NCBI RefSeq assembly: GCF_006345805.1
Contig: NC_043002.1
Coordinates: 87,854,001-87,918,000 of the forward strand
Length of the DNA: 64,000 nucleotides
Reading direction: 5' to 3'
Source: Octopus sinensis
Lineage: Eukaryota
The notes under the pieces are model-generated. The model saw only the letters and a program-made list of their open reading frames with translations, had not been told where the DNA came from and did no database searches. The position numbers and the translations under genes are program-made. This document shows, one piece after another, positions 1 through 10,669 of this stretch (position 1 is the stretch's first letter; each line of letters starts with the position of its first letter).

Positions 1-149
1 AGACAGAGACAGATAGACAGATTTAGATATACATATTTAAACTGGAATGTATAACATTACAGTCAATACCTTTAGATATTCTCTCCGCGATGACGACGTT
101 CGCAACATTACCTCAAAGTATACGATTATATATTCATGCATATAACTAT

Positions 150-181
150 CTACCCATCTCTCTCACTCTCTCTCTCTCTAT

Positions 182-214
<33 letters not shown>

Positions 215-302
215 ATATATATATATATGTATCTATCTATCTCTATCTATCTCTCCATATATATATGTATATATATATATATTATATATATATATTTATA
301 TT
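150..302. repeat. (TC)n/(TA)n microsatellite complex
   Basis: Dinucleotide tracts; source of spurious YI-rich ORFs. Confidence 0.95.
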
Positions 303-663
303 AATTTATTCAAAATACTACTATCATGGCACTTCAAAATTATTCTTCTTCTTCCCCTTCTCCTCCTTCTCCTTCCTTTTTTTTCTTTTTCTCCTTCCCT
401 ACCAAGAATTCACAACGACCTCAAACCCACAAGAATAAACAAGAGAGACAGAGACAGACAGAAACAAGGAAAATGCCACTTGTATTTGAACACTATACAA
501 ATATTTTTTTTTTTAAACTTTTCTTTTAATTTTTCTAAATTTAATAATTTAATTGTTACAGTTGAAAAGTCTCAATGACTGAAACCGGTACTGAAATGTT
601 TTTTATAAAATAAGTTTAGCATTTTCTATCTTGTCTTTTTTTCCATATATATATGTATATATA

Positions 664-720
<57 letters not shown>

Positions 721-1284
721 TGTGAGAACATGCATACATACATGTGCATGCGTTTGCGTTTGTTATTACATGTGGGTAGTTTTACAAGTCTGTTTCTGGA
801 TCACAAGGGACAAGGTTCGCAATAAAATAACATGAAATATTTGTCTTCATGCTTCATTAAAATTGAAAGCTTCTCTCCCTCTTTATTCTATATTTGATTT
901 TAATATTTTAATATTTTAAACTTCTTAATTAATGCACAGTTTACCTCCAGTGACTCTCACACACCTTTCTATTCCGTTATATACTTCCAGCCTACGTTTG
1001 GGATTTGCTTCTCCATTGGATGTCTAAAAAGAATCTTCCTATTAAATCGCTGCAAGGAAAATATTCTTAGATTTCTGTATTTTTAAAATGAACGTTGTAT
1101 CTTTGCAGTAACAGTACGAACGTCCCTGGAATTCTTTTGCTTCATTCGTAATCAATTTCTTTCATGCAGGAAGAATTTCAATCTGTTATGCCGATGACAG
1201 AGCCCCAAAGTACTCTATCAAACAACTAGAAATAGCAGATAAATCTTCCTCAAGTCAAACTCATGGCACCTTTAAACAAGTTTT

Positions 1285-1415
1285 ACTTGTTTCATTTATT
1301 TGATTGCGGCCAGGCTGGGGCACCGTCTTGAAGGATTTAATCGACTAAATCTACCCCAGAGTTTATTTTTAAGACCGGTATTTATTCTACTTGTCTCTTT
1401 TACCAAACCGCTAAG
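1285..1415 (-). mobile_element. 3' fragment of tRNA-SINE family B
   Basis: Reverse complement matches the family B tail (cttagcggttYggYaaaagagac...gaaacaagtaaaa). Confidence 0.75.
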
Positions 1416-1596
1416 AGGTTCGTAATATGGAAATTATTATCAACCTAATATTAAAAGCGGGTTTTCGGGCTTATGTCTGAGGGTAGAAAGATCATAAGGC
1501 TCGCAGAAGAAATAGACACACACACACATATAGATATATGTATGTATGTATATACGTATATATATATGTGCATGTATGCATACAAGCATATATAGA

Positions 1597-1632
<36 letters not shown>

Positions 1633-1688
1633 TGTATGTATGTATGTATGTATATTCATATGTTTGCACTATGTATCTATGTATATAT

Positions 1689-2010
1689 GAAGGTGCTTGG
1701 CTTGGTGGTTAGGGGCATTCGGCTCATGATTGTAAGGTTGTGAGTTCAATTCCCGGCGACGCGTTGTATCCTTGAGCAAGACACTTTAATTCACGTTGCT
1801 CCAGTCCACTCACCTGGCAAAAATGAGTTGTACCTGAGTTGAAGGGCCGGCCTTGTCACACTCTGTGTCACGCTGACTCTCCCTCAGAACTACGTTAGGG
1901 GTACACGTGTCTGTGGAGTGCTCAGCCACTTGCACGTTAAATTCACGAGCAGGCTGTTCCGTTGGTCGTATCAGCTGGGACCCTCATCGTCGTAACCGAC
2001 GGAGTGCTAT
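1689..2010 (+). mobile_element. tRNA-derived SINE family C
   Basis: A-box TGGCTTGGTGG, B-box GAGTTCAATTCC, then tccttgagcaagacacttt; antisense copy at 56515-56810. Confidence 0.85.
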
Positions 2011-2030
2011 ACATACATATATATATATAT

Positions 2031-2245
2031 ACTAAGCAATAAGGGTTTAGCAACGAGTTGCCTTACCACATACCGAATTTAGAAATAGCAGTCAAAGGGT
2101 TATAGCTATTTCTTCTACTAAAAAGGGAGATCTCAGTAAAAACAGCATTTGGAAGGCAGACACAAACAGGTAAGAGAGAATGAATTGACTGCAATCTATC
2201 ATACATTTTTTTAGTTATCCACGGACGTACGTTTCGAAATCAAGT
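2031..2245 (-). mobile_element. 5'-truncated HHR-type element (3' half of hammerhead only)
   Basis: Minus strand GAAACGTACGTC (palindromic stem III, GUC site); shares the TAGAAATAGCAGYCAAAG motif with the 490-bp array; lies between (TA)n tracts. Confidence 0.5.
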
Positions 2246-2249
2246 ATAT

Positions 2250-2283
<34 letters not shown>

Positions 2284-3143
2284 CATATATTTATTTATAA
2301 TATTCATAGGTATATATTTCAATCTGTTTGCATATATGTGCGTTTGTAAATAGGCATTTTTGAATGCTATATTTGTGGATGGTCTTTCGTACTTTTTCTC
2401 AGGAGGTGGCAAAACCAACTGCTTTCAGTAAAATAAAAAGCATTCCCCATTTCCTTGCTTCATTAAGCCAAATACCTTTATGCAGTGAGGGCACTGACAT
2501 GTAGATTCTTACTTTATCGTGTATTTTATTTTGATATTTACATGAAATTTTAAATCTCTAATTAATACGAGACTTGCATTATTCCTCAGGGTTTTCTACA
2601 CTCCTTTTCAGTTAAACTATTTACTTCCAACCAACATACGTGCGCCACGGGGCTTCTGAAGAAAACTTCCCGGTAAGAACCTGAAACAAAATGAGAGAAA
2701 GAGAACGAAAGAAAGAAAAAGAGAGCGGGGAGATTGATGGGGAGGTAGAGAGAAAGAGAGATTGATTCTCATTTCTGTATTTTAAGCGAAGTTATTTCTT
2801 ATAATCAGTGCGAGAATCATCAGTACTACAACATTATTTGGTTCATTTGTAATTGATACCTTCCGTTGTGGTAAACTTTGAATCATTGGAGTCAGTGAGA
2901 GAAACAGCTTGTGTTTAGTCACTCCACCTGCCAGAAATAGCAACCGAATCTACCTCAAATTACACACCCACTGTCTTAAGAACGAATGGGATCATTGGAC
3001 CATGTTTGTCGTACATAAATACATACATGCGCGAGGGAGCATGAATGTATGTGTGTGTGTGTGTTTGTATGTGTGTGTGTGTGTGTGTATGTGTGTGTGT
3101 GTGTGTGTGTGTAAACCCAGCGCTCAAATGATTAAAAAAAATC

Positions 3144-4641
3144 GAAATCACGTGATTTGGTGGTCTCGGAGCTAGGATGGCAGGGGTTCTCTCGCGCTTG
3201 TAACGAATATCGAATGTGAGAGCGCACTAAACGGATTAAACTAGCAGTATCGTCGGCTCTTAGAGAACACCCACGTTAAAGTGACGATAAACACTACGTT
3301 TTGCTTCGTATATTACTTCTACCTCGAACAGAAGTTTTCTAACGGTCTAGTTTGCTAGTTAGAAAATCAGTGATTGTATGACACTATTTTCTGTATATTG
3401 TAATCGAGGCCAGACCTGTACCACGCCTGGCAAACGAGTGCCCATTGCTGAAGCCATCCATTAAGATTGAAATGGCGATGATTGAAGTCATCCAATAAGA
3501 TTGAAAGGCGGCGAGCAGACAGAAGCGTTTGCACGCCGGGCGAAATGCGTCGCCTTATTTCGTCTGCTGTTACGTTCTGAGTTCAAATTCCGCCGAGGTC
3601 GACTTTGCCTTTCATCCTTTCGGGGTCGATTAAATAAGTACCAGTTACGAACTGGGGTCGATATAATCGACTTAATCCGTTTGTCCTCTCTGTGTTTAGC
3701 CCCTTGTGGGTAATAAAGAAATAGGCATTACGTCTATCTTTATGTTGTGAGTTCAAATTCCGCCGAGGTCGACTTTGCCTTTCATCCTTTCGGGGTCGAT
3801 AAATTAAGTACCAGTTATGCACTGGAATCGGTGTAATCGACTTAATCCATTTGTCTGTCCTTGTTTGTCCTCTCTGTGCTTAGCCCCTTGTGGGTAGTAA
3901 AGAAATAGGTATTTCGTCTATCTTTACGTTCTGAGTTCAAATTCCGCCGAGGTCGACTTTGCCTTTCATCCTTTCGGGGTCGATTAAATAAGTACCAGTT
4001 ACGAACTGGGGTTCGATATAATCGACTTAATCCGTTGGTCTGCCCTTGTTTGTCCTCTCTGTGTTTAGCCCCTTGTGGGTAGTAAAGAAATAGGTATTTT
4101 GTTTTCCGCTACGTTCTGAGTTCAAATTCCACCGAGGTCGACTTTGCCTTTCATCCTTTCGGAGTCGATAAATTAAGTATCAGTTATGCACTGGGATCGG
4201 TGTAATCGACTTAATTCCTTTGTCTGTCCTTCTTTGTCCTCTCTGTGCTTAGCCCCTTGTGGGTAGTAAAGAAATAGGTATTTCGTCTATCTTTACGTTC
4301 TGAGTTCAAATTCCGCCGAGGTCGACTTTGCTTTCATCCTTTCGGAGTCGATAAATTAAGTATCAGTTACTCACTGGGGTCGATGTAATCGACTTAATCC
4401 GTTTGTCCTTGTTTGTCCCCTCTATGCTTAGCCCCTTGTGGGCAATAAAGAAATAAGATTGAAATCACGTGATCTGGTGGTCTCGGAGCTAGGGTGATAG
4501 GAGTTCTTTCCCCGCTTGCAATGAATATCAAGAACGAGAGCACACTGAATAAACCAACTGGAAGAGATGTCTTCCTGGAATTAAAATAGTAGTATCGTCG
4601 GTTCTTAGAGAATAAACACGTTAAAGTGTTGATAAACACTA
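3144..4641 (+). repeat. Diverged local direct duplication (3144-3298 vs 4461-4641) interrupted by a SINE multimer
   Basis: gaaatcacgtgatYtggtggtctcggagctagg...gttaaagtg..gataaacactac occurs twice. Confidence 0.8.
3507..4457 (+). mobile_element. tRNA-SINE family A (Meta-domain-like), 5-unit multimer
   Basis: One tRNA head and five ~170-186 bp units with gtcgactttgcctttcatcctttcggggtcgat; flanked by 13-bp direct repeat aataagattgaaa. Confidence 0.9.
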
Positions 4642-5010
4642 CACACACACACGCACACATATGTGTGTATACATACACACACATACAAACAAGGGGATGA
4701 TCATTTCATTAAAGACTATAATGAGTCCGTTCAATAAAAGCTGCTGACCTTGGGCTAAACAACAATGAAAACTTAAAATATTTAGTTGTGGTCAAAGGAA
4801 ATTGTGAAGCAATCACGTGTAGCTTAACATATTTTCTCTAGTTTCGAAAATAAATTTACGACACCTAGCTATTGATTCGGCCTCCGGAATTCACTCGCCT
4901 GCAGATAATCTTTCTCATACTGTTACGAACCGACCATCTGTTTTTTTAGTAATTCTTTTTCTTTTCCTTTTCACAAGCTCTCTCACTCTCTTCCACTCTC
5001 TTTCTCTATC

Positions 5011-5068
<58 letters not shown>

Positions 5069-5078
5069 ATGTTATGTA

Positions 5079-5122
<44 letters not shown>

Positions 5123-5261
5123 TATATATTGTATGTGTATATATATACATATATATATAATATGTATGTGTTATATATATATTATATATATATATATATA
5201 TGTATGTGTATTATATATATATATATATATATATAATATTATATATATATATATATATATA

Positions 5262-5408
5262 TTGGTAAAAACGGTAAGATAACAAAAGAAAGAGACCTCA
5301 ATATTATGTAAATATTTTACGTTTCGAGCCTTCGCTCTTCTACAAAGATACACAGAAAAAAACAAGGAGAGAAAAAATGTGTGTAGTAGCTAACGATCTA
5401 TCATGGCG

Positions 5409-5412
<4 letters not shown>
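5262..5412 (-). mobile_element. Solo PLE pLTR-like fragment with decayed HHR
   Basis: Homologous to 9370-9470 and to the 3' end of the PLE at 58050-59804; embedded in (TA)n. Confidence 0.75.
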
Positions 5413-5467
<55 letters not shown>

Positions 5468-5588
5468 CAATTAAGGAACGGCCATAATAGGCCATTCACC
5501 CACTAGAATAACAGCCAAAGCTTCTACTACCCGCAAATAAAGATTAATTCCGTAAACAGGAGAAAATTAAAAAAACATTTACCCTGTA

Positions 5589-5696
5589 ATTTCTTGTACG
5601 GTATACCGTTTCATCCGCTGTTTAATGGTAAACTAACCTGATTAAATTAAATCAAGCTAATCTTCCATAAGCCCTCGGATTCTTCAAGCAAGAAAT
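5589..5696 (-). ncRNA. Type I hammerhead ribozyme copy (1-nt insertion in core)
   Basis: Same fold as 6522-6628; core reads CTTGAAGA. Confidence 0.7.
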
Positions 5697-6081
5697 AGCT
5701 CAAGTCGGAACAGATATTTACACGAGGCATACCCAATCTTGCCAAGGCAATATCTGACCTAAAATTTTCAAATCGTCGCACTCGCGCCAAACCAAATTTA
5801 TCGGCAGCAAATAATATCAGCCGTCGATTCCATTACGGAATTAACCAAAAATTCATAATTAATCAATATAGGGTGGCAAGGAAAATTTTGTAGAATTTTA
5901 TTGCCACCAGCGGCCCAGTAGGAAAAGATTAATAGTCATAGACCATTTTTAAGTTCAACATTAACAATTAAGGAACGGCCATAATAGGCCATTCACCCAC
6001 TAGAAATAACAGCCAAAGCTTCTACCGCAAATAAAGATTAATTCCGTAAACAGGAAAAATTAAAAAAACATTTACCCTGTA

Positions 6082-6188
6082 ATTTCTTGTACGGTATACC
6101 GTTTCATCCGCTGTTTAATGGTAAACTAACCTGATTAAATTAAATCAAGCTAATCTTCCATAAGCCCTCGGATTCTTCAGCAAGAAAT
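6082..6188 (-). ncRNA. Type I hammerhead ribozyme
   Basis: Reverse complement of the 6522-6628 motif with intact core. Confidence 0.88.
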
Positions 6189-6521
6189 AGCTCAAGTCGG
6201 AACAGATATTTACACGAGGCATACCCAATCTTGCCAAGGCAATATCTGACCTAAAATTTTCAAATCGTCGCACTCGCGCCAAATTTATCGGCAGCAAATA
6301 AATATCAGCCGTCGATTCCATTACGGAATTAACCAAAAAATTCATAATTAATCAATATAGGGTGGCATGGAAAATTTTGTAGAATTTTATTGCCACCAGC
6401 GGCCCAGTAGGAAAAAATTAAATAGTCATAGACCATTTTTAAGTTCAACATTAACAATTAAGGAACGGCCATAATAGGCCATTCACCCACTAGAAATAAC
6501 AGCCAAAGCTAAACTTGAGCT

Positions 6522-6628
6522 ATTTCTTGCTGAAGAATCCGAGGGCTTATGGAAGATTAGCTTGATTTAATTTAATCAGGTTAGTTTACCATTAAACAGC
6601 GGATGAAACGGTATACCGTACAAGAAAT
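6522..6628 (+). ncRNA. Type I hammerhead ribozyme
   Basis: Stem I ATTTCTTG/CAAGAAAT; CTGAAGA; stem II ATCCG/CGGAT; GAAA; palindromic stem III ACGGTATACCGT; GUA site, predicted cut after 6620. Confidence 0.9.
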
Positions 6629-7011
6629 TACAGGGTAAATGTTTTTTTAATTTTCTCCTGTTTACGGAATTAATCTTTATTTGCGGTAGAAGCTTTGGCT
6701 GTTATTTCTAGTGGGTGAATGGCCTATTATGGCCGTTCCTTAATGTTTGATGTTGAACTTAAAAATGGTCTATGACTATTTAATTTTTTCCTACTGGGCC
6801 GCTGGTGGCATAAAATTCTACAAAATTTTCCTTGCCACCCTATATTGATTAATTATGAATTTTTTGGTTAATTCCGTAATGGAATCGACGGCTGATATTT
6901 ATTTGCTGCCGATAAATTTGGCGCGAGTGCGACGATTTGAAAATTTTAGGTCAGATATTGCCTTGGCAAGATTGGGTATGCCTCGTGTAAATATCTGTTC
7001 CGACTTGAGCT

Positions 7012-7118
7012 ATTTCTTGCTGAAGAATCCGAGGGCTTATGGAAGATTAGCTTGATTTAATTTAATCAGGTTAGTTTACCATTAAACAGCGGATGAAACG
7101 GTATACCGTACAAGAATT
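7012..7118 (+). ncRNA. Type I hammerhead ribozyme
   Basis: Array copy; CTGAAGA at 7020, predicted cut after 7110. Confidence 0.87.
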
Positions 7119-7499
7119 ACAGGGTAAATGTTTTTTTAATTTTCTCCTGTTTACGGAATTAATCTTTATTTGCGGTAGAAGCTTTGGCTGTTATTTCTAG
7201 TGGGTGAATGGCCTATTATGGCCGTTCCTTAATGTTAATGTTGAACTTAAAAATGGTCTATGACTATTTAATTTTTTCCTACTGGGCCGCTGGTGGCAAT
7301 AAAATTCTACAAAATTTTCCTTGCCACCCTATATTGATTAATTATGAATTTTTTGGTTAATTCCGTAATGGAATCGACGGCTGATATTTATTTGCTGCCG
7401 ATAAATTTGGCGCGAGTGCGACGATTTGAAAATTTTAGGTCAGATATTGCCTTGGCAGATTGGGTATGCCTCGTGTAAATATCTGTTCCGACTTGAGCT

Positions 7500-7609
7500 A
7501 TTTCTTGCTGAAGAATCCGAGGGCTTATGGAAGATTAGCTTGATTTAATTTAAATTAACAGGTTAGTTTACCATTAACAGCGGATGAAACGGTATACCGT
7601 ACAAGAAAT
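7500..7609 (+). ncRNA. Type I hammerhead ribozyme
   Basis: Array copy; CTGAAGA at 7508, predicted cut after 7601. Confidence 0.87.
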
Positions 7610-7988
7610 TACAGGGTAAATGTTTTTTTAATTTTCTCCTGTTTACGGAATTAATCTTTATTTGCGTAGAAGCTTTGGCTGTTATTTCTAGTGGGTGAAT
7701 GGCCTATTATGGCCGTTCCTTAATTGTTAATGTTGAACTTAAAAATGGTCTATGACTATTTAATTTTTTCCTACTGGCCGCTGGTGGCAATAAAATTCTA
7801 CAAAATTTTCCTTGCCACCCTATATTGATTAATTATGAATTTTTGGTTAATTCCGTAATGGAATCGACGGCTGATATTTTTTGCTGCCGATAAATTGGCG
7901 CGAGTGCGACGATTTGAAAATTTTAGGTCAGATATTGCCTTGGCAAGATTGGGTATGCCTCGTGTAAATATCTGTTCCGACTTGAGCT

Positions 7989-8095
7989 ATTTCTTGCTGA
8001 AGAATCCGAGGGCTTATGGAAGATTAGCTTGATTTAATTTAATCAGGTTAGTTTACCATTAAACAGCGGATGAAACGGTATACCGTACAAGAAAT
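7989..8095 (+). ncRNA. Type I hammerhead ribozyme
   Basis: Array copy; CTGAAGA at 7997, predicted cut after 8087. Confidence 0.88.
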
Positions 8096-8471
8096 TACAG
8101 GGTAAATGTTTTTTTAATTTTCTCCTGTTTACGGAATAATCTTTATTTGCGGTAGAAGCTTTGGCTGTTATTCTAGTGGGTGAATGGCCTATTATGGCCG
8201 TTCCTTAATTGTTAATGTGAACTTAAAAATGGTCTATGACTATTTAATTTTTTCCTACTGGGCCGCTGGTGGCAATAAAATTCTACAATTTTCCTTGCCA
8301 CCCTATATTGATTAATTATGAATTTTTTGGTTAATTCCGTAATGGAATCGACGGCTGATATTTATTGCTGCCGATAAATTTGGCGCGAGTGCGACGATTT
8401 GAAAATTTTAGGTCAGATATTGCCTTGGCAAGATTGGGTATGCCGTGTAAATATATGTTCCGACTTGAGCT

Positions 8472-8577
8472 ATTTCTTGCTGAAGAATCCGAGGGCTTAT
8501 GGAAGATTAGCTTGATTTAATTTAATCAGGTTAGTTTACCATTAAACAGCGGATGAAACGGTATACCGTACAGAAAT
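8472..8577 (+). ncRNA. Type I hammerhead ribozyme
   Basis: Array copy; CTGAAGA at 8480, predicted cut after 8570; 1-nt deletion in stem I. Confidence 0.82.
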
Positions 8578-8811
8578 TACAGGGTAAATGTTTTTTTAAT
8601 TTTCTCCTGTTTACGGAATTAATCTTTATTTGCGGTAGAAGCTTTGGTTGTTATTTCTAGTGGGTGAATGGCCTATTATGGCCGTTCCTTAATTGTTAAT
8701 GTTGAACTTAAAAATGGTCTATGACTATTTAATTTTTTCCTACTGGGCCGCTGGTGGCAATAAAATTCTACAAAATTTTCCTTGCCACCCTATATTGATT
8801 AATATATATAT

Positions 8812-8845
<34 letters not shown>

Positions 8846-8863
8846 ATATATATAATATATATA

Positions 8864-9055
8864 TCTGTAAAATAATATGTGACAATTATTCAAAAGCCAA
8901 GATAAAACTCTGAGTTTCGGATGCCGAAGTGGAAATCCACAACACCATCTTTTCGGTTATCTGCCCCGAAGAGATGGTGTTGTGGATTTCCACCTCGGCA
9001 TCCGAAACTCAGAGTTTTATCTTGGCTTTTGAATAATTCTCACATATTATTTTAC

Positions 9056-9090
<35 letters not shown>

Positions 9091-9319
9091 TATATATATA
9101 TATATAATATATATATATATATATCTGTAAAATAATATGTGACAATTATTCAAAAGCCAAGATAAAACTCTGAGTTTCGGATGCCGAAGTGGAAATCCAC
9201 AACACCATCTTTTCGGTTATCTGGCCCCGAAGAGATGGTGTTGTGGATTTCCACCTCGGCATCCGAAACTCAGAGTTTTATCTTGGCTTTTGAATAATTC
9301 TCACATATTATTTTACAGA
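8864..9319. repeat. Two tandem ~195-bp foldback elements with HHR-like arms
   Basis: 8864-9058 and 9124-9319 each have ~93-bp inverted arms; (TA)n spacer between them. Confidence 0.9.
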
Positions 9320-9323
9320 TATA

Positions 9324-9369
<46 letters not shown>

Positions 9370-9373
<4 letters not shown>

Positions 9374-9561
9374 CGCCATGATAGATCGTTAGCTACTACA
9401 CACATTTTTTCTCTCCTTGTTTTTTTCTGTGTATCTTTCTGTAGAAGAGCGAAGGCTCGAAACGTAAAAGACTTTTATATTTCTGAGCGCTATTCTAATA
9501 CATTTGTTTGTTTGTACACCACCTAACTTCGTCTTTTGTTTATTTTCGTAAACTTTCCCTT
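9370..9561 (+). mobile_element. Solo PLE pLTR-like fragment with minimal HHR variant (9434-9471)
   Basis: TCTTT-CTGTAGA-A-GAGC-gaag-GCTC-GAAA-CG-TA-AAAGA; homologous to the 3' end of the PLE at 58050-58250. Confidence 0.8.
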
Positions 9562-9634
<73 letters not shown>

Positions 9635-9761
9635 ATCCTTTATATATACAGTTCAGTATTTACGTGTTGAAAAAAATATAACTTTCTACTTGTTCTACAA
9701 TACATTTCAACGCTTCAAAAACAAACTAGTTTATTTACATATGACGTAATATATATATATA

Positions 9762-10612
9762 GGCTTTGTGGTAAGAAGCTTGCTTCCCATTTACATGGCT
9801 CCAGGTTCATTCCCACTGCGTGACACCTTGGGCAAGTCTTTCCTACTATTGCCTCGGGTCAACCAAAGTCTTGAGAGTGGATTCGGTAGACAGAAACTGA
9901 AATAATCACGTCATATATATATATATGTGTGTGTGTGCGTGTGTGTGTGTGTGTGTGTCTATGTATATTTCTATGTGTGTACGTCTTTGAGTGTGTGTTT
10001 GTTACTCCATCACCGCTCGATAACCGGTATTAATGTGTTTACGTCTCCATAACTTCGGCAAAAGTGACCGTTAGAATAATTACTTGACTTTAGAAATAAG
10101 GGATCATTTCGGTTTGAACGGCAGTTTTAACATAATGTCTAGGTAACTAAAAAATTTTAAACTTCGTATACTGGTAGAATGTGTTAATAAAACATATTTT
10201 TCTCTTGGCTTTATTGAGAAAATTCTATAGTTTGTAAGATATTTGTTGTTTTTTTTCTTCAATTTTTGCAATTTCAACCAATCAATGACGTCCATTGAGG
10301 TAAAAAAACATTCTGTGCCGTATGAATATGTCCCTCGTTTAAGAAACAGATTGAGTTTATTTACATTTGTGAAGAAAAAAAGATGTGTGTGTGTGCGCGT
10401 GTGTGTGTGTGTGCGTGCGCATGTATCTTTGTGCCTGTGCTTGTTTCAAATCACTGCTTCATAATCGGCGTTGGTTTATTTGCGCTCCCATAACATAGAA
10501 TATAAACCAGGCTTAAAAATAAACCTGGGGTCGATTCATTCGACTAAAACTTCTTCCAGGCGGTGCTTCAACATGGCCGCAGTCTAATGACTGAAACAAG
10601 TAAAAGATCTAA
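9762..10612 (+). mobile_element. tRNA-SINE family B pieces with an intervening MITE fragment (10100-10383)
   Basis: tgtggtaagaagcttgct...ccttgggcaagt head and gactgaaacaagtaaaaga tail; MITE piece matches 13803-14216. Confidence 0.75.
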
Positions 10613-10669
10613 GATATATATATATATTATATTATATTATATTATATTATATTATATTATATATATATA

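Larger units (their letters stand above)
5463..8803. repeat. Tandem array of ~490-bp HHR-containing units (retrozyme-like), inverted at ~6511
   Basis: About 2.1 units in one orientation (5463-6510) and 4.7 in the other (6513-8803); near-identical units; flanked by (TA)n. Confidence 0.95.

Noticed and set aside
6855-7055. 66-aa ORF repeated at 6145-6345 and 6855-7055
   Set aside because: Identity reflects the tandem repeat only. Other units carry frameshifts and no protein motif is recognisable.
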